Origin: Deltaproteobacteria bacterium
GTDB lineage: Bacteria; Desulfobacterota; Desulfuromonadia; Geobacterales; Pseudopelobacteraceae
Direction of reading: 5' to 3'
Assembly: GCA_021779135.1 (NCBI GenBank)
Contig: JAJYBH010000002.1
Coordinates: forward strand, 15,423 to 79,422
Length of the DNA stretch: 64,000 nt
Part shown: positions 37,089-45,681 of the stretch, piece after piece
Layout: each line of letters begins with the position of its first letter
Position numbering within the stretch: the stretch's first letter is position 1
The notes under the pieces: generated by a model
What the model was told of the DNA's origin: nothing
The model's input: only the letters and a program-made list of their open reading frames with translations
Databases searched by the model: none
Translations under genes and position numbers: made by a program

Positions 37089-39071
37089 CTACGTCCTGAC
37101 CCGGATCGGCATGATCACCGTGGTCAGGCCGTCCCATTGCAGGCGGCGCTGGATGGCGAAGGCGGTCTCGTTGTGCAGCAGGCGGTGGTAGAACTTCTCC
37201 AGGCGGAAGGTGAGCTGGCCGGTGAAGACCGTGGAACGGGGGAATTCCCCGGCCACCTGCTTGCACAGATCCACGGCGCTTTCCACCACGTCGGTAGACA
37301 GCTCGGTGCGGTACTCGGCAGCTAAGCCCAGCTTATGCGCCATATTCACATATTTCTCCAGGCCCGCCTTTACCGATGCCTCCAGCGCCTCCATTTCCTC
37401 GGATCCCTTGAAGGAACCCGAGTCGATCATGGCCACCGAGACGAAGATCACGTTTTTGTACGTATTGGGAAAGGTGGAGAGGATCGAGAAGAGGGTGTGT
37501 ACGCCGAAGCCGCTGTAGCCTGAGACCAGCTGGATGGCAGTAGGCGCGTTGTGATCGATGGCCGGCGGTTCCCCGTGAGGCGCTACCGGTACATCCAGCA
37601 GTGTCTCGTCCAGATCCCGCATCCCCTGCCTGACCCTCAGGTAATGCCCCTTGATCAGGTAACAGAGGCCGATCACCACCGCAGTGATCAGCAGGGTCAT
37701 CCAGCCGCCTTCGGCAAATTTCTCAAAGGTGGTAACGACCAGAATGGTAACACACAGGACCAGGCCCACCAGATGTACCGACAGATGACGAAACCACTGC
37801 GGGTCTTCCTTCCTGCGCTGGATGAAGAATTTGGACATCCCCAGCTGCGAAAGCGAAAAGGTGATGAAGACGTTGATCGAGTACATGACCACAAGCGTGC
37901 CGACCGATCCTCCGGTGTAGAACAGCAGTGCAATGGCGGCGAGCCCCATCAGCAGGATGCCGTTACGCATGGTCAGCCTCACCGACAGGGCCGCGAAGCG
38001 GTGCGGGAACCAGGAGTCGATGGCCATGTTGGACATGACCCGCGGGCCGTCCACGAAGCCGGCCTGGGCCGCCACCAGCAGCAGGGCCCCCTCGGAGAAG
38101 ATGGTGATAAAGGCAATCCAATGCCCCATGGGCCAGTTAGTAAAGAGGTTATTGGCCAGGACAGCGTTGAGAGTCATCCCTTCCACCGGTTTCAAAGCCA
38201 GGAACAGGTAGCAAAGCAGAATGAGCGAGGCGGTGAAGGCCAGGGAAGTGGCCATGTAGAGCATGGTGCGTTTGCCGGTCTGCACCCGCGGTTCGCGCAT
38301 GATCTGCAGCCCGTTGGAAACCGCCTCGATACCGGTGTAGGTGCCGCCTCCCAGGGAATAGGCCCGCATGAACAGCATCAGGATGCCGATCACCCCGATG
38401 GTGGAGACGTCGTGGCGGATGCCGCTGCCAAGGTCGCTCACCACCGGAGCGAAGCGGTCCGAGTGAATGGAGATCCCATAGATGAGCATGACGATGTGGG
38501 TCGCCACGAAGACCATGAAGATCGGCGCCAGAACCGTAACCGACTCCTTGACCCCCCGCACGTTGAGAATGATGAGGAACAGGATCAGGAAGCAGGCGAA
38601 AGGGACCTTGAAGTGGTGATATTGAACCGGCAGATAGCTGAAGACCGCATCCACGCCGGAGGCGATCGAGATGGTGATGGTCATCACGTAGTCCACCAGC
38701 AGGGCGCTGCCGGAGACGACACCGGCCTTTTCTCCGAGCAGGTGGGTGGCCACGATGTATCCGCCGCCGCCGTGAGGAAAGTGCTCGATGATGCGCGAGT
38801 AGGAGTAGGAGATGACGAAGACCGTCAGCGCCATCACCACGGCCAGGAGTAACGCCAGATAGGTGTGGGAACCGAGGGCCTTGAAAGCCTCTTCCGGGCC
38901 GTAGGCCGAGGATGACAGGCCATCGGCCCCCAGACCGACCCAGGCCAGCACCGGGATCAGGGACATCTTGTGGAAGAGGTGGGAGTCTTTCAGATGCCTT
39001 GGGGCACCGAAGATGGCGCGGGTTATCTTCTGCAGCAGCGATATCGTCTCGTTTGACGATGCGTTTTCCAT
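37089..39071 (-). CDS. APC-superfamily permease with a cytoplasmic C-terminal domain; KimA-like putative K+ importer
   Basis: 660 aa. The N-terminal motifs (GADGLSSSAYGPEE, FPHGGGGYIVA, LLVDYVMTITISIASG) match my recollection of the KimA/YdaO subfamily. It is adjacent to kdp and shares the upstream repeat module. Confidence 0.6.
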   Translation of the reverse strand: MENASSNETISLLQKITRAIFGAPRHLKDSHLFHKMSLIPVLAWVGLGADGLSSSAYGPEEAFKALGSHTYLALLLAVVMALTVFVISYSYSRIIEHFPHGGGGYIVATHLLGEKAGVVSGSALLVDYVMTITISIASGVDAVFSYLPVQYHHFKVPFACFLILFLIILNVRGVKESVTVLAPIFMVFVATHIVMLIYGISIHSDRFAPVVSDLGSGIRHDVSTIGVIGILMLFMRAYSLGGGTYTGIEAVSNGLQIMREPRVQTGKRTMLYMATSLAFTASLILLCYLFLALKPVEGMTLNAVLANNLFTNWPMGHWIAFITIFSEGALLLVAAQAGFVDGPRVMSNMAIDSWFPHRFAALSVRLTMRNGILLMGLAAIALLFYTGGSVGTLVVMYSINVFITFSLSQLGMSKFFIQRRKEDPQWFRHLSVHLVGLVLCVTILVVTTFEKFAEGGWMTLLITAVVIGLCYLIKGHYLRVRQGMRDLDETLLDVPVAPHGEPPAIDHNAPTAIQLVSGYSGFGVHTLFSILSTFPNTYKNVIFVSVAMIDSGSFKGSEEMEALEASVKAGLEKYVNMAHKLGLAAEYRTELSTDVVESAVDLCKQVAGEFPRSTVFTGQLTFRLEKFYHRLLHNETAFAIQRRLQWDGLTTVIMPIRVRT

Positions 39072-39136
39072 ATTGCTCCCCTTCGGTGAATATTTCTACC
39101 GATTACAACGGTAGACGATTTCACCTCAAAGGGGTG

Positions 39137-39174
39137 TCAAGATGGGAGAGGATGATATCAAGAAAGCATCAAGA
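39137..39174 (-). promoter_or_regulatory. Triple direct repeat TCTTGA x3 (spacing 11 and 21) upstream of the KimA-like gene
   Basis: Plus-strand TCAAGA hexamers start at 39137, 39158 and 39169. The flanks GGTGTCAA and ATCAAGACGAA are shared with the kdp copy. Confidence 0.55.
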
Positions 39175-39214
39175 CGAATATACTTGACACCATTTAACCT
39201 TGAAAAATCATTTG

Positions 39215-39343
39215 GCCACAGAGAACACAGAGTTCTCAGAGAAAAACAAACAGATACTGGATTATTCTCTTTCACCATACAGGTGAAACGAAACAAACGA
39301 ATTTCTGAAGTATATCCTCTGTGTTCTCTGTGACCTCTGTGGC
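39215..39343. repeat. CCACAGAG-type inverted-repeat element (family 3, MITE/REP-like), copy 1
   Basis: The left arm GCCACAGAGAACACAGAGTTCTCAGAG and right arm CTCTGTGTTCTCTGTGACCTCTGTGGC flank about 75 nt of A-rich sequence. Confidence 0.7.
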
Positions 39344-39408
39344 TAATTGTTGTCCTTTCAAGACTGTCGAGGGTCTGCGCAGACAGGGCGAAAAAGCGGC
39401 GCTCCCCC

Positions 39409-42183
39409 TTAGTTGTGGGCCAGCTTCTGAGCTTCCTTGGCATTGGCCTGGAATAAATTGGCTGTCTCGAACACCAGGTTCAGTGTGCCGCGATAGCCGA
39501 CCCAGACCTTCTGATGGGCGCCCAGACGGTCGAAGACCGGCAGGCCGGCCCGCAGGTGGGCGCCGATCTTGAGCTTATTGGCCGCCTGGCGGCCGTTGGA
39601 GTTGGCCACGATCAGATCGGCGCCTCTGGCTGCCTCCTCCAGGTCCTCCAGATCCCCGACAAAGACGTTTGCGCAGGGCAGGCCATCCAGCCCCCTGGTG
39701 CGGGTGGCGGCAAGCGCCGCCTGGATCTCGCACCCCATCCCGGCCAGAAAACCGGTCAGGGTCTTGAGGTTGTCGGATTCCAGGGCAATGGCCACCTTCT
39801 TGGTGCCGAACTGGTAATGGCTGTCCACCATGGCGTCCATCAGGCGGCTCCGCCAGCGGCGGTGCTTGTCCGGGATCGGCCGGCCGCTGATGGCGGCCAG
39901 GACCTCCATGAAACGGTCGGTCTCGGCCAGGCCGGTCAGGGAGGTGAAGCCATAGGCCGGAATGCCAAACTTCTCCTTCAGCTTGAGGGCCGCCTTGGCC
40001 AGCGAATCACCGCAATATAGCGTGGCAACGCTGCGCCCGGCCTTGCGGATGTCTGCGACCGTGATGCCGCCGGTCGAGAGCGGTGACACCACCTCGTCGA
40101 TGTGGCCATCCATGGCGTTGGAGATGTCCGGTATGGTCAGCACCGATAGTCCAAATGACTCGACCAGCTCCTTCAGCTCCTCCACATCGGCCGGTGTCAG
40201 ATGTGCTCCTGGCAGCAGGTTGACCTGATCCTTGACGGTCTCGCCACCCTCCGCCAGGCTGGAGACGATCGACTCCACCGCGGCGGCGTAGCCTTCCTGC
40301 AGCGAGCCGCAGTAATCCGGCGTCGAAGCCCAGATGATCGGCACGCCATCCTGTTCCGGATGTTCCTCGCGGAACTGCTTGATGGCGCTGCTGACATCAT
40401 CGCCCATGGTCTCGGTCAGGCCGGAGGTCATGACACCCACCACCTCGGGATGGAACTTCTCGATCACCCGCCCGATCCCCTTTTTCAGGTTCTCCCAGCC
40501 GCCGAAGATGGCGGTATCCTCGCTCATGGCGGTGGCGTTGAGGGCGATGGATTCCTTGTAGTGCCGGGAGAGCTGCAGCCGGATAAAGGTCGAGCAGCCC
40601 TGGGCGCCGTGCAGCAGGCCGAGCATGTTGTCGATCCCCAGGTAGGCCATGGTGGCCCCCAGGGCGGGCGAGTTCTTCTGCGGGTTGACCGTGGCACATT
40701 TCGATGAGACCTTGACCCGCGAGGCAGAGATATCCTCGGCCAGAAAGGTTTCTGCGTGGTTCAACGCAGTCTCCACATAATCTTCCGTAGGGGCGACCGG
40801 CCGGTCGCCCCTGCATTTTTCCCAGGGGGCCGGGGCGTTCAGGGTCGGCCAGATCGGGTTGTTGACGGTCATGTCCAGCTGCCGGGAAAAGGTTACCATG
40901 CCCTCATAGCCGGCATAGGGGTGCGAGCGGCCATGGTTGATATCCATAAAGGGGGTCTTGGTCTTCAGCGCCAGGAACTTGGTCTTGCCGCCGGCCACGA
41001 TCAGGTCGGGCATCTTTTCACGCATGACCGCCAGCAGGCCGGCCGTGGAGGTATCCTCGATGATCTGGGCGTCCTTGTGCATCAGCCCCTTCATGCGGTA
41101 GAAATCCTCCAGGGTCGAGTTCTGCGTGCCGGCCGCCAGCACCTCCACCCCCAGCTCACGCAGCGAGTTGACCATCGACCAGGTCTTGACTCCGCCGGTA
41201 AAGAGCACGGCGGTCTTGTTCTCCAGCCGGGCGCGGTAGGGAGCGATAGCAGCACGACACTTGGCCTCTTCCTCCGCGATCAGGCGCTCGACCCGATCCT
41301 GCATGACCCGCTTCTCCAGGCCATTGACGATATTGTCCAGTTCGCGGGCGATGTCGCGCAGCGCCTTGGCCGTGTCGGTCATACCGTAGAAGGACTCCTC
41401 CAGGTAGGGCATGCCGTAGGTCTTCTGCATCTTCTTGGCCAGGTTGGTCAGGGACTTGGAGCAGATGATGATATTGAGCTTGGCCCGGTGGGCATAGCGC
41501 AGCTCCTCGAACTTGGCATCGCCGCTGAAGCAGGAGAGTACCTGGATCCCCAGCCGGTCGAAGAGCGGCAGCATGCCCCACAGGTCGCCGGCGATGTTGT
41601 ACTCGCCGATCAGGTTGATCGGGTATTCGCCCAGCAGCGGCGGTTCGCTGGTGCCGATGACATACTTGAAGAGGATCTCCCCGGCCAGGCGGTTGCCGAT
41701 GTTCTTGTCGCCGATGAAACCGGGCGTGTTGACCGGTATGATCGGGATGGCGACCTTTTCGGAGGCGGCCGTGCAGACCGCTTCCACGTCGTCGCCGGTC
41801 ATGGCGGTCACGCAGGTGGCATAGACGAAGATGGCCCGGGCCTGATCCCTGTAGCGTCCGGCCAGGTCGAGGATGGCCTTGTAGAGCTTCTTCTCGCCGC
41901 CGAAGATGACGTCGTTTTCCAGCATCTCGGTGGTAAAGCCGCGCCGGTAGAGCTGCGAGTCCGAGGAGCGGGCGCCGCGGTTATCCCAGGAGTTGCCGGC
42001 GCAGGCGATCGGGCCATGCACCAGGTGAATGGCATCGGTGATCGGCATCAGCACGACCCGGGCGCCGTCATAGGCGCAGGAGCGTTCGGTCCCCTCTCCC
42101 GGCTCGGATTTCTTGCAGAACTTGGGCGCGCCCTTGTCGTTGGTTTCGCAATCGGTTACATCGTAATAATCGGGTTTTGCCAT
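39409..42183 (-). CDS. nifEN: Fused nitrogenase FeMo-cofactor scaffold NifE-NifN
   Basis: Start moved to ATG 42183 (MAKPDYYDV). The NifE half ends near ...APAPWEK. The NifN half begins near ...KCATVNPQKNSPALGATMAYLG...HGAQGCSTF. Confidence 0.9.
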   Translation of the reverse strand: MAKPDYYDVTDCETNDKGAPKFCKKSEPGEGTERSCAYDGARVVLMPITDAIHLVHGPIACAGNSWDNRGARSSDSQLYRRGFTTEMLENDVIFGGEKKLYKAILDLAGRYRDQARAIFVYATCVTAMTGDDVEAVCTAASEKVAIPIIPVNTPGFIGDKNIGNRLAGEILFKYVIGTSEPPLLGEYPINLIGEYNIAGDLWGMLPLFDRLGIQVLSCFSGDAKFEELRYAHRAKLNIIICSKSLTNLAKKMQKTYGMPYLEESFYGMTDTAKALRDIARELDNIVNGLEKRVMQDRVERLIAEEEAKCRAAIAPYRARLENKTAVLFTGGVKTWSMVNSLRELGVEVLAAGTQNSTLEDFYRMKGLMHKDAQIIEDTSTAGLLAVMREKMPDLIVAGGKTKFLALKTKTPFMDINHGRSHPYAGYEGMVTFSRQLDMTVNNPIWPTLNAPAPWEKCRGDRPVAPTEDYVETALNHAETFLAEDISASRVKVSSKCATVNPQKNSPALGATMAYLGIDNMLGLLHGAQGCSTFIRLQLSRHYKESIALNATAMSEDTAIFGGWENLKKGIGRVIEKFHPEVVGVMTSGLTETMGDDVSSAIKQFREEHPEQDGVPIIWASTPDYCGSLQEGYAAAVESIVSSLAEGGETVKDQVNLLPGAHLTPADVEELKELVESFGLSVLTIPDISNAMDGHIDEVVSPLSTGGITVADIRKAGRSVATLYCGDSLAKAALKLKEKFGIPAYGFTSLTGLAETDRFMEVLAAISGRPIPDKHRRWRSRLMDAMVDSHYQFGTKKVAIALESDNLKTLTGFLAGMGCEIQAALAATRTRGLDGLPCANVFVGDLEDLEEAARGADLIVANSNGRQAANKLKIGAHLRAGLPVFDRLGAHQKVWVGYRGTLNLVFETANLFQANAKEAQKLAHN
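40787..40814. repeat. Single family 1 palindromic unit inside the nifEN coding sequence
   Basis: GTAGGGGCGACCGGCCGGTCGCCCCTGC, translated as CRGDRPVAPT at the NifE/NifN junction. Confidence 0.7.
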
Positions 42184-42222
42184 GATGTCTCCAATCCTTG
42201 CTAGCGTAGTCACCAAATACAA

Positions 42223-42238
42223 AGCATGGGACATGCCA
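42223..42238 (-). promoter_or_regulatory. sigma54-type promoter for nifEN
   Basis: The minus strand reads TGGCATGTCCCATGCT (GG-N10-GC), about 40 nt upstream of ATG 42183. Confidence 0.65.
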
Positions 42239-42423
42239 AGAACGATAGTTGTCATAACCTGCTGACTTATAAGGAACAAATAAACCAGCTCCGGGAGCGG
42301 TCCTTAGCTGGTGCTTAAATTATAGGCAATAAAATCTCTGCCCGGGCACGAATCACACTTCTGGCAAGCTAAGCGATTTTGTGGAATACTGCCGTGTAAA
42401 CCACTTCGAGAGGTAGGCAAGCT

Positions 42424-43671
42424 ATGACAGGTGAAGAGACGACTCATCGCAGCACTTGGAAACAGGTCCTCGGTCTGCCGGTAATCGTGGCGGCGCTGGG
42501 CTATTTTGTCGATATTTATGATCTGGTCCTGTTCAGCATTGTCCGTATCCCCAGTCTGAAGGGTATCGGGCTGGCGGGACAGGAACTGATCGACAAAGGG
42601 GTATTCCTGCTCAACATGCAGATGGCCGGTATGCTGATCGGCGGGGTCATCTGGGGCGTGCTGGGTGACCGCAAGGGGCGTCTCAAGATCATGTTCGGCT
42701 CGATATTTCTCTACTCACTGGCAAATCTGGCCAACGGCATGGTCCATTCGATCGAGGCCTATGCCGCACTGCGGTTCCTGGCCGGGGTCGGTCTGGCCGG
42801 TGAACTGGGGGCAGGGATCACCCTGGTAGCCGAGGTCCTGCACAAGAGCATTCGTGGCTATGGCACGATGATCGTGGCCACGGTCGGCGTATCAGGGGCC
42901 ATCCTGGCCAACATCGTGGCAAAATCATTCGACTGGCGTAGCGCCTTTGTTATCGGCGGTGTCCTGGGCTTGTTGCTGCTGATCCTGCGGCTCAGTGTCG
43001 CCGAGTCCGGCATGTTCAAGGGGATGGAAGTAAGTAGCGTCGCGCGCGGCAATTTCCTGTCGCTATTTACCTCCCGCGACCGCTTCGGACGCTTTCTGCA
43101 TTCGATCCTGATCGGGCTGCCGTCCTGGTTCGTGGTCGGCGTACTGATCACCTTTTCACCGGAATTCGCCAAGGTACTGAATGTCCAGGGGCAGATCAGC
43201 GCCGGCAACGCCGTTATGTACTGTTATCTGGGGCTGGTTGGCGGTGATCTGGCCAGCGGCGTTTTGAGCCAGCTGCTCAAGAGCCGCAAGAAGGTCATCC
43301 TGCTGTTCCTTCTGTTGACCGTAGCTGCCGTGGCTGCCTACTTCTCGGCTAGCGGCGTTTCTGCCGCCACCTTCTACCTGATCTGCGGCCTGTTGGGCTT
43401 CAGCATCGGCTACTGGGCGATCTTCGTCACCGTGGCTGCCGAGCAGTTCGGCACCAATCTGCGCGCTACCGTGGCCACGGCTGTCCCCAACTTCGTGCGC
43501 GGCATGACCGTCCCCATCACCCTGCTTTTTCAGATCGCCCGCAAATCCCTGGGCATTGAGACAGGCGCCCTGGCCGTGGGACTCGTCTGCCTGGTCATAG
43601 CACTGTTCTCGCTTTCGCGGCTGCAGGAAACCTTCCACAAAGATCTGGATTACTTCGAGGAGTTTATCTAG
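42424..43671 (+). CDS. MFS transporter
   Basis: 415 aa, about 12 TM helices, with the MFS motif GDRKGRLK. Confidence 0.8.
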   Translation: MTGEETTHRSTWKQVLGLPVIVAALGYFVDIYDLVLFSIVRIPSLKGIGLAGQELIDKGVFLLNMQMAGMLIGGVIWGVLGDRKGRLKIMFGSIFLYSLANLANGMVHSIEAYAALRFLAGVGLAGELGAGITLVAEVLHKSIRGYGTMIVATVGVSGAILANIVAKSFDWRSAFVIGGVLGLLLLILRLSVAESGMFKGMEVSSVARGNFLSLFTSRDRFGRFLHSILIGLPSWFVVGVLITFSPEFAKVLNVQGQISAGNAVMYCYLGLVGGDLASGVLSQLLKSRKKVILLFLLLTVAAVAAYFSASGVSAATFYLICGLLGFSIGYWAIFVTVAAEQFGTNLRATVATAVPNFVRGMTVPITLLFQIARKSLGIETGALAVGLVCLVIALFSLSRLQETFHKDLDYFEEFI

Positions 43672-43901
43672 CTTCACGATACCAGATCGTTTCCGTCCTG
43701 AACGATGTTTGGCGTCGATCTTCAGGCGGCGTAGCGATGTTCTCCTCTGTGTGCCCCGCCAGGACGAAATACACCTCCTTCCCGTATCGGAAACCGTTTA
43801 GCGCCATCGCCTTATTAGCGGATGTGGTAAAATATGAATACAATAAATGGGTCCTGAAACTTCCGCCCCTGAGCAGACAGGGGAGTAAAGGACGGATTGT
43901 C

Positions 43902-45212
43902 ATGTCCAGAAAAGCATCAAATATGATTGGTGATGCGGAAACGGCCGGCACGCCCGCCTCGCAGCCCGGGCGTCAGATAGCCCTTCTGCAGTCCATTATT
44001 ACGATCTTCCGCGAGACGCCGGACTGTGAAAGCGAGGAGGATGTGGCGCGCATCTGCCTGAAGGAGGCCGAGGAACTGACCGGCAGTGCCTACAGTTTCA
44101 TAGGCGAGCTTAATGCCGAGGGACTGTTCGACACGACCACCATCAGTGAAGCGGGCTGGAAGGCCTGCCGGATACCTGTGGAGGAGGCCGTGCACCTGAT
44201 CAGGAATATGCCCTCGCGGGGCATCAACCGCATCGGCCTCAGGGAAGGGCGCTCCTGGATCATCAACGACCCGGCCTCCCACCCCGATGCCGTCGAAAAA
44301 CCGCCGGGGCATCCGACCATCAACTCCTTCATGGGTGTTCCGCTGCGCTACGTGGGCGGCATCACCGGCATGATCGCCCTGGCCGGCAAGCAGACCGGCT
44401 ATACCTCTGCTGACCTGGAGGACATCGAGGCGCTCTCGACGGCCTTTATGGAATCCTTGAACCGCCGCCGGGCCGAAAAACGGATCAATGAACTGAACAG
44501 GGATCTGAACCGGCACGTCCGGCAGATCGAGGACGCCAACAAGGAGTTGGAGGCCTTCAGCTATTCGGTTTCCCACGACCTGCGCGCGCCCTTGCGCCAC
44601 ATCACCGGATTTGTGGAACTGCTTAACAAGCGCGGACAGGAAATGAAGGACGACAAGAGTCAACATTACCTGCAAGTGATCTCGGAGGCCTCACGGAAGA
44701 TGGGCGACCTGATCGACGACCTGCTGGCCTTTTCCCGCATGAGCCGCGCCGAGATGCAAAAAAGCAGGATCGACTTCAATTCCCTGGTCAGGGGGGTCAT
44801 CGACGAGTTGCAGGAGGATGAACAGGGGCGCTTGATCGAGTGGGAGGTTGACGATCTGCCGGTGCTGGAGGGGGACGCCGCCATGCTGCGCCAGGTGTTT
44901 GCCAACCTGCTCTCCAATGCACTCAAATTCACCCGTTCGCGCCCCAGGGCTCGCATCGGGATCGGCGTTGTCACGGACAGCCCGGAGGAAACCCTTTTTT
45001 TTGTCAGGGACAACGGTGTCGGCTTCGACATGCGCTACGTGGACAAGCTGTTCGGCCTGTTCCAGCGTCTGCACGGCAGCGAAGAGTTCGAGGGGACCGG
45101 CATCGGCCTGGCCAACTGCCAGCGCATCATTCACCGCCACGGCGGCCGGATCTGGGCCGAAAGTGCGCCGGAGAGCGGCGCGACCTTCTGGTTCGCGCTG
45201 CCGAAGCAATAG
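43902..45212 (+). CDS. Cytoplasmic GAF-HisKA-HATPase sensor histidine kinase
   Basis: Start moved to ATG 43902. It has an H-box (FSYSVSHDLRAPL), an N-box and a G-box (GTGIGLA). Confidence 0.8.
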   Translation: MSRKASNMIGDAETAGTPASQPGRQIALLQSIITIFRETPDCESEEDVARICLKEAEELTGSAYSFIGELNAEGLFDTTTISEAGWKACRIPVEEAVHLIRNMPSRGINRIGLREGRSWIINDPASHPDAVEKPPGHPTINSFMGVPLRYVGGITGMIALAGKQTGYTSADLEDIEALSTAFMESLNRRRAEKRINELNRDLNRHVRQIEDANKELEAFSYSVSHDLRAPLRHITGFVELLNKRGQEMKDDKSQHYLQVISEASRKMGDLIDDLLAFSRMSRAEMQKSRIDFNSLVRGVIDELQEDEQGRLIEWEVDDLPVLEGDAAMLRQVFANLLSNALKFTRSRPRARIGIGVVTDSPEETLFFVRDNGVGFDMRYVDKLFGLFQRLHGSEEFEGTGIGLANCQRIIHRHGGRIWAESAPESGATFWFALPKQ

Positions 45213-45224
45213 GAGGAATAAATC

Positions 45225-45680
45225 ATGATCCCGCTGAAAAGGATCCTGCTGGTGGAGGACAATCCCAATGACGCCGAATTGACCCTGGAGGCGCTGGCCG
45301 GGCACAATCTTGCCAATGAGGTCACCTGGGTGCATGACGGGGCCGAGGCCCTGGATTATCTCTACTGCCGCGGTAGGTTTGCGGTTTGCCCCTGCAACGA
45401 ACTGGCGCTCATCCTGCTCGACCTCAAACTGCCCAAGGTGGACGGTTTGGAGGTGTTGCGCACCATCAAGTCAGATGAGCGCCTTAAAATGATCCCGGTG
45501 GTGATTCTAACCTCATCCCGCGAGGAACGGGACCTGGTGGACAGCTATCGTCTGGGTGTCAACGCCTATGTGGTCAAGCCGGTGGATTTCAAGGAATTCA
45601 TGACAGCGGTCGAGGAGTTGGGGGTGTTCTGGGCGCTGATCAACGAGCCCCCCCCCTCGGGCGGCAGAAAGACGGGTTGA
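45225..45680 (+). CDS. Stand-alone receiver-domain response regulator
   Basis: 151 aa; [10 protein letters not shown] ... [11 protein letters not shown]. Confidence 0.85.
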   Translation: MIPLKRILLVEDNPNDAELTLEALAGHNLANEVTWVHDGAEALDYLYCRGRFAVCPCNELALILLDLKLPKVDGLEVLRTIKSDERLKMIPVVILTSSREERDLVDSYRLGVNAYVVKPVDFKEFMTAVEELGVFWALINEPPPSGGRKTG

Positions 45681-45681
45681 G

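Noticed and set aside
39215-39343. The CACAGAG-rich repeats as a possible CRISPR array.
   Set aside because: There is only one inverted pair per locus, with no regularly spaced direct repeats or spacers and no cas genes in the window.
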